Source: Dehalococcoidia bacterium
GTDB taxonomy: Bacteria > Chloroflexota > Dehalococcoidia > Lucifugimonadales > UBA1127
Assembly: GCA_965249315.1 (NCBI GenBank)
Contig: OZ252225.1
Location: 1,574,814-1,638,813, forward strand
DNA length: 64,000 bases
Direction: 5' to 3'
A model generated the notes under the pieces. That model was not told where the DNA came from. It did no database searches and saw nothing but the letters and a program-made list of their open reading frames with translations. Positions within the stretch are counted from its first letter, which is position 1; the number at the start of each line of letters is the position of its first letter. This document shows, piece after piece, positions 1 to 13,509 of this stretch. The position numbers and the translations under genes were made by a program.

Positions 1-48
1 GGGTCCGCCCTCTCAGCCCGGCTCTCCGGACTCCCCCGTGGGGTTACC
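1..48 (-). ncRNA. TPP (THI-box) riboswitch, 5' half only; the element continues off the left window edge
   Basis: Minus strand reads CACGGGGGAGUCCGGAGAGCCGGGCUGAGAGGGCGGACCC. This matches the conserved 5' half of TPP riboswitches (GGGG.GC, P3 hairpin, GCUGAGA, ACCC). The ACCUGAUC/GGGA 3' half would lie beyond position 1. Confidence 0.5.
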
Positions 49-64
49 TTCAGTTGTTGGCGCA

Positions 65-94
65 AGCATACGGCGGCAGCGTCAGACGTGTCAA
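65..94 (-). promoter_or_regulatory. Candidate sigma-70-type promoter driving the TPP riboswitch leader
   Basis: Minus strand has TTGACA (89-94), an 18-nt spacer, then TATGCT (65-70), about 15-20 nt upstream of the riboswitch start. Confidence 0.4.
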
Positions 95-167
95 CTCGGA
101 GACTACCTTGCAACTCTAGCCCACGCTTCCGTCAGTGACCGAAGGTTCCGGCGCCCTCCCGGGCGGG

Positions 168-890
168 CTATTCTTCCACGACATTGTAAGCTTGGCGAAC
201 CATCGCGAGCGCCTTGGGAATCGACTGGTGGCTCCTCACGTCAATAAAAACGCCGCAGTTCCTGTGAGTCACATTCGGCAGAAACGTCCAGGCAGTGACA
301 TCGCTCGCCTTTCCCTCGGGATCGACAACTTCCTCAAAATCAATGGGCAAGAGAAGTCTTACATAGCCTGCCATGGGCAGGGTCTCCGCAAAGAATCTTG
401 CTGATTGGGCATCGTAGAAGCACAGCGATTTCCCCTCGACAATCTCGATAGAATCACCCAGTTCGCGTATTGCATCGCGAACCCCGTAAAGGAGCTCTGC
501 AACGGAGGCATCCACACTCATGCTATCTGGCTTGGTGCTGGCGGAGAGCATTCGCAGCTCTCGTAGACGATCCGCAAGAATGAGCCCTTCATCGGCGTTG
601 TGGTGGGGCCAGATGTCGAGGGCGCTATGCGCCAAACGTTGGCCCCTCTCCCTCATTTCAGAAGCGGTCCACTTAGGCTGTTGCCGCACATACTCGTTCA
701 AGCGCACGGCGCTTTGATGGAAACCGCCCGCTATTGTCTTCTTTTCGTCGAATGGCTTGTTCGAGTAGCTGCTGTTGTAGCCGGTCAGCGTCAGGTTACC
801 CAACTTGTGCAGCCACTCCCTATGAACGTCTTTCCAGGTATCACCGAGCATGCATTGCCATTCCTGAACGGCGTCGATGCTTTGCGGCAT
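168..890 (-). CDS. C-terminal DUF1524/HNH-like half of a GmrSD-type type IV restriction enzyme (frameshift fragment)
   Basis: The frame reads SIEHIMPQ...WLHKLGNLTLTGYNSSYSNKPF, the DUF1524 signature. It stays open upstream of the listed Met and carries DUF262-linker-like sequence (LYRLRICWHVLSQLENAGQNE). Confidence 0.75.
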   Translation of the reverse strand: MPQSIDAVQEWQCMLGDTWKDVHREWLHKLGNLTLTGYNSSYSNKPFDEKKTIAGGFHQSAVRLNEYVRQQPKWTASEMRERGQRLAHSALDIWPHHNADEGLILADRLRELRMLSASTKPDSMSVDASVAELLYGVRDAIRELGDSIEIVEGKSLCFYDAQSARFFAETLPMAGYVRLLLPIDFEEVVDPEGKASDVTAWTFLPNVTHRNCGVFIDVRSHQSIPKALAMVRQAYNVVEE

Positions 891-913
891 GATGTGCTCG
901 ATTGAATACTGGT

Positions 914-2251
914 CTACCGGACTAGGCTCGTTCTGTCCGGCATTTTCAAGCTGAGACAGGACGTGCCAACAGATGCGGAGCCTGTATAGGTCATTCTTTC
1001 CAACGCTGACACAAAATCGTCGTCGGTTGGAAACTCGTGTCTTGCTAGGGCGGCTTTGAAGCTCCCGAGGGGGTCTTCACTTCTTAGGGAGTTAGCTATT
1101 CGGGCAAAGACCGCCCAGTAGCCACGAGTCTGCCTCCCCAAAACCGCCCGACGGACGAGATAGCTGGAGATTAGATTTAGTGATTGAATGAAGTCGTCAT
1201 GTGTGAGCGCTCCCTCATCGTAGAGGTTGTGGAGGCGCATAATGAGCATCGCATGAACGGACCCTAGATTTCGAGCCTGTCTCATTGCGGTGCGGAGCGG
1301 CTTGGATTTGATTCGCTCGGGCTGTAAAAAGGATACGAAGTAGCGGGCGAACCGGACAATGTCTTCCAAGAGATCAGCTAGAGGCTCCGCTTCTGAGGGT
1401 TGCCAGAAGCCCTTGAATTCAGTGTAGATGCGGTCTACTCGGGCCTGCGTTGACGTTTTCTGCCTGATGGCAGTGTAATCTCGCAGGAAGGTATCCAGGT
1501 AGCTCTCTATGGAACGGAAGAGCGTCTCGACCTTACTCCAGTAGGCATCGTACATCCGGGTCTGTTCGGGTTCTGGCAACCCCATGAGCAGGTAGTTGCG
1601 AATCAGATCACTCTGCGTGAGGTCAACACCCGTCGAGTTCAGGCTCTCGAAGACTCGTTGAGGGTCATCCATGGGGCGCTCTAGGGTAACGTCAACTATG
1701 TTCAGGTGCCCTACGCCTCGATAAACAAGCTCAGGATTGGCCTCCGGGCGCTTCAGACACTCTCTGAAATAGCGATAGGCCTCGACGATGAACTCCGAGT
1801 AGTTCTCTATTTCGAAAGGGTCCTTGCCGTCTACTAGAGCCTTGAGCGTTGCGTCGTCGCGGCGCCTCAGGATAACCTTGTACCTTCTGTCACCTGGCTC
1901 GCGCTCATTAGTGAGGAAATAGGCGTCGATCTGGGCTACAGTCGGCTCTTGCCCGCTCCAGCCGGTCTCTCGGATGTGGTCGCGAAGCGCAATCGAGAGA
2001 AGGGTCAGGGTGGTCAGGCGCTGCTGTCCGTCGACTAACAGCCAACTGCTGAACACGGCAGCCGTATTCCCAGCTATATAGACGAATGATCCTATGAAGT
2101 GGTCGGTGCCGCTGGTGCCGGCCCGCAAAATGTCGTCCCACAACTGTTGGCACTGCTCTGTCGTCCAACTGTAGTCTCGTTGGAAGGCTGGAATTATGAA
2201 CTGTTTGGTGCCATTGATTAAAGCCACGAAAGGGTTGTGTATTGCTTTCAT
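914..2251 (-). CDS. N-terminal DUF262 (ParB-like NTPase) half of a GmrSD-type type IV restriction enzyme (frameshift fragment)
   Basis: N-terminus IIPAFQRDYSWT...LVDGQQRLTTL is the DUF262 hallmark. The ORF ends in 20 residues of out-of-frame-looking sequence just before the DUF1524 frame. Confidence 0.8.
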   Translation of the reverse strand: MKAIHNPFVALINGTKQFIIPAFQRDYSWTTEQCQQLWDDILRAGTSGTDHFIGSFVYIAGNTAAVFSSWLLVDGQQRLTTLTLLSIALRDHIRETGWSGQEPTVAQIDAYFLTNEREPGDRRYKVILRRRDDATLKALVDGKDPFEIENYSEFIVEAYRYFRECLKRPEANPELVYRGVGHLNIVDVTLERPMDDPQRVFESLNSTGVDLTQSDLIRNYLLMGLPEPEQTRMYDAYWSKVETLFRSIESYLDTFLRDYTAIRQKTSTQARVDRIYTEFKGFWQPSEAEPLADLLEDIVRFARYFVSFLQPERIKSKPLRTAMRQARNLGSVHAMLIMRLHNLYDEGALTHDDFIQSLNLISSYLVRRAVLGRQTRGYWAVFARIANSLRSEDPLGSFKAALARHEFPTDDDFVSALERMTYTGSASVGTSCLSLKMPDRTSLVR

Positions 2252-2355
2252 CGTTGCTCTCTATCGTCTCTTTCTAGTCATGGCAGAATGCTACCACGAC
2301 GGAGAAGCCCCCTCAACGGACAGATGGGACCAGCAGAGCAACAGTCCGGGGATTG

Positions 2356-3534
2356 CTACCCAGGGCAAAAGAAGAACTCCTGATCAACCGACTTTGCCAA
2401 TCGGAACTCTGCCGTCAGCTCGCTGTCTGCCGTGAAAACGGCGCGGTCTTCCCGCTCTAGCTCCATGACCCCAGCCAGGACCTCGAACCCTTCCTCTGGA
2501 GTGGGACTTGGCCATCCCGGAGGCGGCCCGCCTTCGCCATCATGGAGTGGCGGCTCCGCAGCCCAAAGCAGCCCGTGAAACCATGTATGCCATATTCCGC
2601 AATCGAAGACGAGAAGTTGATGGTCGTAGTGCTCGCCAACCACCCTCGCGTATGGTGGCGGCGGAAGAGCGGGCGGCGTATCGTCGCCAACCTCGTCGAA
2701 ATAGTCACCAAGCTTGAGGATGTCCATGACCGGCTTGGGAAAGCCCGCGTCGGGGGCTGTCTGCCCATCGGGCTGTGGAACGGCCTCTTGATACGCATCC
2801 TTCAATTCCTGGGTGAAGGCAGCTAGCTCTACCTCTATGGCGCCTCGGTTGGCCTCATAACGTGCGGGCTCCCGCTGCCAGTATTCCTGCAATGGATGGG
2901 CAGCGAAGACAGTGCCGTCTTCGCCCTTTTGGACATCCCAATACACGGTCCGCCACCACGTCTTGACCAGGATATTCGGTGATGGCGCAAGAAATATGAT
3001 GCTTTCTCTTCCGGCGTTTTCCAGGTGGACCCTGAGCTCGATGACCTCCTTTTCTAAGCCCCAATCAGGGTCAATGGCAATGACCGCTACGGTCACGGTA
3101 GGGGGCCCTGTTCCCAGGAGGTATTCGTTCACGCGCACGTCCATATAGCATTCAAGGGACGGTTTCTCGTTGTATGCCTGATACACTTCGGGTTTCGTGT
3201 CGAGCCAATAAGTGTGCAGCTTTCGATCAGCGAGGTTGCAGCGCGTCGTGCCCGGGATATACGTTCCGCGCAGCACAACGTGGGGGACATAGGCATTCCA
3301 TTCGTCTCGCGGGAACAATTCGCGTACCCCCGAGGGTCCATCGCCCAATTCCGGATCGGGGTGCCCAAGCCCCCAGTAGGGTTGCGGAAGATTGGGCTCG
3401 CACGGATCAACCTCCACCAGGGGCTCCGGTGTGCACGGCGGTATTGTTTCACCCAGGTACTCGTCCGGGTGCTCGCCCTGGTCGCACGCGACAAGAAGAG
3501 CCGCCACGATTGCAGTGAAAGCGAAGATACGCAC
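2356..3534 (-). CDS. Secreted lipoprotein of unknown function; paralogue of 32429..33778
   Basis: A GTG at 3534 gives MRIFAFTAIVAALLVAC, a lipobox signal peptide (the maximal ORF starts at 3618). Cys-containing motifs are shared with the 32.4-kb paralogue. Confidence 0.6.
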   Translation of the reverse strand: MRIFAFTAIVAALLVACDQGEHPDEYLGETIPPCTPEPLVEVDPCEPNLPQPYWGLGHPDPELGDGPSGVRELFPRDEWNAYVPHVVLRGTYIPGTTRCNLADRKLHTYWLDTKPEVYQAYNEKPSLECYMDVRVNEYLLGTGPPTVTVAVIAIDPDWGLEKEVIELRVHLENAGRESIIFLAPSPNILVKTWWRTVYWDVQKGEDGTVFAAHPLQEYWQREPARYEANRGAIEVELAAFTQELKDAYQEAVPQPDGQTAPDAGFPKPVMDILKLGDYFDEVGDDTPPALPPPPYARVVGEHYDHQLLVFDCGIWHTWFHGLLWAAEPPLHDGEGGPPPGWPSPTPEEGFEVLAGVMELEREDRAVFTADSELTAEFRLAKSVDQEFFFCPG

Positions 3535-3644
3535 AGCCGCGTATCCTTGCACATCAATCTTGGCGAAGGCAATGACCAGCCAAGAGGGCACGTGCCCCCA
3601 CCGCCCCCTCCCTTGCACCTCCGCCGCGCCGTGTGATACCGTTG

Positions 3645-5411
<1,767 letters not shown>

Positions 5412-5419
<8 letters not shown>

Positions 5420-6830
5420 GTCACTGCTCGTCCGAGGCGGCCGCATCGTCGACCCCTCGCAGGGCCTGGACGTCGTCGGCGACGTGCTGGTCAGCGATGG
5501 AGTTGTGGCCTGGTGCGCGCCCGCGGGCCACGGTCAGTCGGTTCCGGATGGCTGTCCGGTGCTGGACGCCACCGGCTTGGTGGTCTCCCCCGGCTTCATC
5601 GACCTCCACTGCCACCTGCGAGAGCCCGGCTTCGAGGACAAGGAGACGGTCGCCACGGGCGCGCTGGCGGCCGTCCGCGGCGGCTTCACCACCCTCTGCG
5701 TCATGCCCAACACCGAGCCGCCCGTGGACAGCGCCGCCGTGGTCCAGTTCCTCCTCCGTCGCGCGCAGGACGTTGGCCTGGCGCGGCTGCTCCCCATCGG
5801 CTGCATCACCCGGGGCCGCAAGGGTGCGGGCCTCGTGGAGATGGCCGAGATGGCCGACGCCGGCGCCGTCGCCTTCAGCGACGACGGAGACCCGGTCGAA
5901 GACTCCTACATCATGCGCATGGCCCTGACCTACGCCGCCCCGCTGGGGCTGCCGGTCATCGAGCACTGCGAGGAGCGCTCCCTGACCCGCAACGCCGAGG
6001 CCCACGAGGGATGGGTGGCCAGCCGCCTCGGTCTCACGGGCATGCCTGCCCAGGCCGAGGAGAGTATGGCCGCCAGGGACATCGAGCTGGCTGCCCTCAC
6101 CGGCGGACGACTCCACCTCGCGCACATCAGCACGGCAGGAACCCTGGGGCTGGTGCGGCGAGCGCGGGAGCGCGGGCTTCCCGTCACCGCCGAGGTGACT
6201 CCCCACCACCTGCTTCTGACCGAGGAGTGGCTGCTGGGCGCGCCGGAGGCCGGGAACGGTCGCTGGCAGCCGCCCGCGCCCTACGCGCCCCTGACCGCCC
6301 GCGCCTACGACACCGCCGCCAAGGTGAACCCTCCCCTGCGCACCGTCGCTGACGCCGCCGCCCTGGTCGGGGGCCTGCGGGCGGGGGAGATCGACGCCAT
6401 CGCGACGGATCACGCCCCCCACAACCTCGTGGACAAGGTATGCACCTTCTCCGAGGCCGCCTTCGGCATCAGCATCCTGGAGACTGCCCTTGGCATGCTC
6501 CTAGCCCTGGTGCACCGGGGCGACCTGGACCTGTCGACGGTGGTGGAGCGGCTCACCGTGGGCCCGGCGCGTGTCCTTGGTCCGCGATGCGCCCATTTGG
6601 GCAGCTTGGCCGCCGGCGCCGCTGGCGATGTGACCCTCTTCGACCCCGACGCCGAGTGGACCGTGGACACCGCTCGCTTCGCCTCCAGGGGCAGGAACAC
6701 GCCGCTCGCGGGGATGACGCTACGGGGGAAGGTCGTCGCCACAGTCGTCGGTGGCCGGGTGGTGCACGGCGGCGAGGAGAGCCGCCTCCCCGGCGCGGGA
6801 GCCGCCGCCGGCAAGGGAGCACAGGCATGA
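5412..6830 (+). CDS. pyrC: Dihydroorotase
   Basis: DLHCHLREPG and ATDHAPH metal-binding motifs. ATG 5412 follows GGGAGGTGGGG and overlaps the pyrB stop. Confidence 0.9.
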
Positions 6831-7921
6831 GGCGCTCCGCCCACCTCGTCCTGGACGACGGCACGGTCTACGAAGGGACGCCCTTCGGCGCGGAGGTCTC
6901 CGCAGTCGGCGAGGTGGTCTTCACCACCTCCATGACCGGCTACCAGGAGATGCTCACGGACCCCTCCTTCGCCGGTCAGATCGTCGTTCCCACGTACCCG
7001 CTCATCGGCAACTACGGCATCAATGCGGAGGACTTCGAGTCGTCCCGCATCCAGGTGGCGGGCTTCGTCGTGCGGAGCTGGAGCGATGCGCCCAGCCACG
7101 GCCTGAGCCGGGCCACGCTGCACGACTACCTCGTCTCCCAGGGCGTGCCGGGGCTCAGCGGCGTCGACACCCGCGCCATCACCCGACGGCTGCGCAGCCG
7201 CGGCGTGATGATGGGCGCGCTCGCCGTGGGCGCATCCCCCGATGAAGCCCTGGAGCGACTGCGAAACGCGCCCGGCTACGGCGCAACCGACTTCGTCCGC
7301 CAGATAAGCACGCCCCAGCCGTACCTCTGGAACGACCGCCCCGAGCCGCTCTCCGGCGACGGCAACCGTCGCATCGTCGTCACCGACTACGGTGTAAAGT
7401 ACAGTATCCTGCGCATCCTGCGAAACAGGGGGTACGAGCCGGTGGCCGTGCCCGCCACCATGGGCGCCGAGGAGGTCCTGGCCCTGAAGCCGCGGGGAGT
7501 CCTGCTCTCGCCCGGCCCCGGCGACCCCGCGCTCCTCGACTACGTGGTGACCACGGCGAAGGCGCTGGTCGGACGCGTCCCGATCATGGGCATCTGCCTG
7601 GGACACCAGGTGATGGCCCGGGCCTTTGGCGGAAGCACCTACAAGCTCAAGTTCGGCCACCGTGGGGCGAACCACCCCGTCATGGACCGGGCCGACGGCC
7701 GCGTCACCATGACCACCCAGAACCACGGCTACGCCGTCGACGCGGACAGCCTCCCCGCGGAGATGGAGGTCAGTCACTTCAACCTGAACGACTACACCGT
7801 CGAGGGCCTGCGACACCGCTCCCTGCCCGTCATGACCATTCAGTACCACTCGGAGGCCTCCCCCGGCCCCAGGGACAACGAGTACATCTTCGACCGCTTC
7901 CTGAAGATGGTGGAGGCGTGA
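6827..7921 (+). CDS. carA: Carbamoyl-phosphate synthase small (glutaminase) subunit
   Basis: MRRSAHLVLDDGTVYEGTPFG... and the GICLGHQ catalytic Cys motif. There is an ATGA overlap with the pyrC stop. Confidence 0.9.
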   Translation: MRRSAHLVLDDGTVYEGTPFGAEVSAVGEVVFTTSMTGYQEMLTDPSFAGQIVVPTYPLIGNYGINAEDFESSRIQVAGFVVRSWSDAPSHGLSRATLHDYLVSQGVPGLSGVDTRAITRRLRSRGVMMGALAVGASPDEALERLRNAPGYGATDFVRQISTPQPYLWNDRPEPLSGDGNRRIVVTDYGVKYSILRILRNRGYEPVAVPATMGAEEVLALKPRGVLLSPGPGDPALLDYVVTTAKALVGRVPIMGICLGHQVMARAFGGSTYKLKFGHRGANHPVMDRADGRVTMTTQNHGYAVDADSLPAEMEVSHFNLNDYTVEGLRHRSLPVMTIQYHSEASPGPRDNEYIFDRFLKMVEA

Positions 7922-8583
7922 GCGCGGCGGGCCGGACCAAGCTGTTCTTGGACATCGAGACCCTGCCGGGGGACGAGTCCACGCGGGAAGAGATCGCCCG
8001 GACGATGCAGCCTCCGGGCGGCAACCCCACGCCGGAGGCGCTGGAGCGGTGGGAGGAGGAGCAGAAGCCTTCGCAGGTGGAGCACGCCTACCGGAGGACG
8101 GCCCTGCGGGGCCACGCCGGCCGCATCCTCTGCATCGGCTACATCAAGGAGGCGCCGGGGCGCTGCGACGAGGACGTGCTCACGGGGGAGGAGCCGGCGA
8201 TCCTCAGGGACTTCTGGGACCTGGTGCGCGACGTTGACCTTTTCGTCGGCTTCAACGTCCTCGACTTCGATCTCAAGTTCATCCTTCAGCGGTCGATTGT
8301 GAACCGGGTCCCGCCATCGAGGCCCATCAGCTTCCGCCGCTACCAGCAGGAGCCCGTCTACGACGTCATGCGCGAGTGGGAGGCCTGGAGCACCCGGGAT
8401 TTCATCTCCCTGGACACCCTGTCCCGGGCCCTGGGCATGGAGTCGCCCAAGAGCGGCGGCGTGGACGGCAGCCAGGTGTACGACTTCTACCTGGCGGGCC
8501 GCCTCCAGGAGATATACGACTACTGCCTGCGGGACGTCCGCGTCACGCGGGACATCTACAGGAGGATGACCTTTGAGGAGTAG
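7918..8583 (+). CDS. Predicted 3'-5' exonuclease (PolB-exonuclease-like, RNase H fold)
   Basis: Exo motifs LFLDIETLP, FNVLDFDLKF and YCLRDV. The GTG start overlaps the carA stop (GTGA). Confidence 0.65.
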   Translation: MSAAGRTKLFLDIETLPGDESTREEIARTMQPPGGNPTPEALERWEEEQKPSQVEHAYRRTALRGHAGRILCIGYIKEAPGRCDEDVLTGEEPAILRDFWDLVRDVDLFVGFNVLDFDLKFILQRSIVNRVPPSRPISFRRYQQEPVYDVMREWEAWSTRDFISLDTLSRALGMESPKSGGVDGSQVYDFYLAGRLQEIYDYCLRDVRVTRDIYRRMTFEE

Positions 8584-8600
8584 ACCGCTGGGGCGCAGGC

Positions 8601-11924
<3,324 letters not shown>

Positions 11925-11963
11925 ACGCGACGGGCGAGGCGCGGAGACGGCGGTCGGGCGGGG

Positions 11964-12788
11964 CTAGGCCTTCAGCGCCACCACCGATAGCCAGTTCCGG
12001 GGCACCACTTCCAGCTTCAACTCCTTGAAGGTCTGCCGCACCGCCTCTTGGAGCACCTTGCTGGCCTGCTGCGTGGGCACTCCGGGCAGCGCTCCGGACA
12101 CGAAGTCCTCGAACCTGCTGATGTTCACCCAGCCTTCCAGGGGGACCTGTACGGTCTGCACGGCCTGGCACTGGATCGTGAAGCCCCGGTCTCGAAGAAG
12201 CTGGCTGTACTGCTCCGGCGTCAGCTGCCGGCGCGACTCCACCTTGTCCGGCTGAGGCCGCAGCTGGTACTCGGAGCGCAACAGGCGGATGGCCTTGAAC
12301 ATCCAGCGTCGGTAGAAGCCCTCCGTCTCCGGGAGGTGGGCGCCCTGGTAGAAGGAAGTGTTGAAGGCGAAGGTCCCGCCCACCTTCAGCGTCTGGCTGA
12401 TCTGGTCCAGCAGGCTGTCCTTGTCGGACACGTAGTGGATGCCGTTGCAGAAGATGACGCCGTCCACGTGCTCTCGCACGGTGGAGGAGAGTGCCTCCAC
12501 TCGGCCCTGGATGAACTGCAGCGCCACGTCCCGGGCGTTGCCAAGCTGCTGCATGGCCTCCCGGAGGGCGCTCGCCGAGGCGTCGATTCCGATGACAAGG
12601 CTCTCCCGCGCCCCCTCCAGCCGGTCCCGGATGAGCCGCGTGGCCGCGCCCGTGCCGCACGCCAGCTCCACGATCCGCTGGCCGGGGTGGATGTTGGCCA
12701 AGTCGACGAGATGGGCGTTAACCGCCTTGAAGAAGCCCTGCTCCGCGAACCACTTGAAGGAGTGGTCGTCCTGTTGTTCCAAGACCAT
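11964..12788 (-). CDS. Class I SAM-dependent methyltransferase
   Basis: Motif I is IVELACGTGAATRLI. Start chosen at MVLEQQDD; the maximal ORF reaches 12854. Confidence 0.7.
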   Translation of the reverse strand: MVLEQQDDHSFKWFAEQGFFKAVNAHLVDLANIHPGQRIVELACGTGAATRLIRDRLEGARESLVIGIDASASALREAMQQLGNARDVALQFIQGRVEALSSTVREHVDGVIFCNGIHYVSDKDSLLDQISQTLKVGGTFAFNTSFYQGAHLPETEGFYRRWMFKAIRLLRSEYQLRPQPDKVESRRQLTPEQYSQLLRDRGFTIQCQAVQTVQVPLEGWVNISRFEDFVSGALPGVPTQQASKVLQEAVRQTFKELKLEVVPRNWLSVVALKA

Positions 12789-12881
12789 CGCGTCCTGCCT
12801 ACGCGTAGGATGCGCGGATTGTAACAGCCCGCTACGGAGAAATCCAGATGTCAACCGTTTGCAGTTTCTTTGGACCGCGGC

Positions 12882-13358
12882 CTACTCCTGCTGCAGCTGG
12901 CGCAGTCCCAGGAGGATCTTCTGCTGGGAGGAGAGCGCGGAGGGGTCCACGCCGCGCCGGGGCGGCGCTCCCGCGGGCACGCGTTCCTGGGCCGCCTGCG
13001 TCTCCACCTGCCGCCGCACCCGCTCCGCCAGGGCCTTGGCGCGGCCGAATGACGCCTCCAGCTCCGCGACCGTGCTGCCCTGTACCAGCTCCGCCGGTAG
13101 CTCCGGCGCGCTGGCCAGGAGCGCCTTTCGACAGCTCTCCACGGCCGCTGCCAAATCGGCCTCCAGCTGCCCCCGAGTCGCCAACTCCTCCGCCAGCGCG
13201 CTGCGGGCCTCGGCGAGTTCGGCCTGCAGAGGCGCCCGCTCGCCAGCCTCCACCGTGACCGCCTCTTCGCCCTCCTCCACCTCGGCGTGCTGTTCGGTCG
13301 CTTCCGCGGTCCCTTGTGCCGTGCCCTCCGTGGTCTCCGTGTCCTTGTCCATAGCCAC
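12882..13358 (-). CDS. Hypothetical acidic coiled-coil protein
   Basis: 158-aa ORF with E/A-rich heptad-like sequence. No family recognised. Confidence 0.4.
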   Translation of the reverse strand: MAMDKDTETTEGTAQGTAEATEQHAEVEEGEEAVTVEAGERAPLQAELAEARSALAEELATRGQLEADLAAAVESCRKALLASAPELPAELVQGSTVAELEASFGRAKALAERVRRQVETQAAQERVPAGAPPRRGVDPSALSSQQKILLGLRQLQQE

Positions 13359-13509
13359 TCCTGCACACGTGCTTCCCGATTGGTGTGGGCATCATTAGAG
13401 CGTACGCCTCTGCCTACGGGCAACGGGCGAATGGCACGTCCGCGCGCTCTGTTGCAGCCCGCCGCGGGCGTGGATACAATGCACCCACGCCCGACGGAGG
13501 TCTTCAAGC

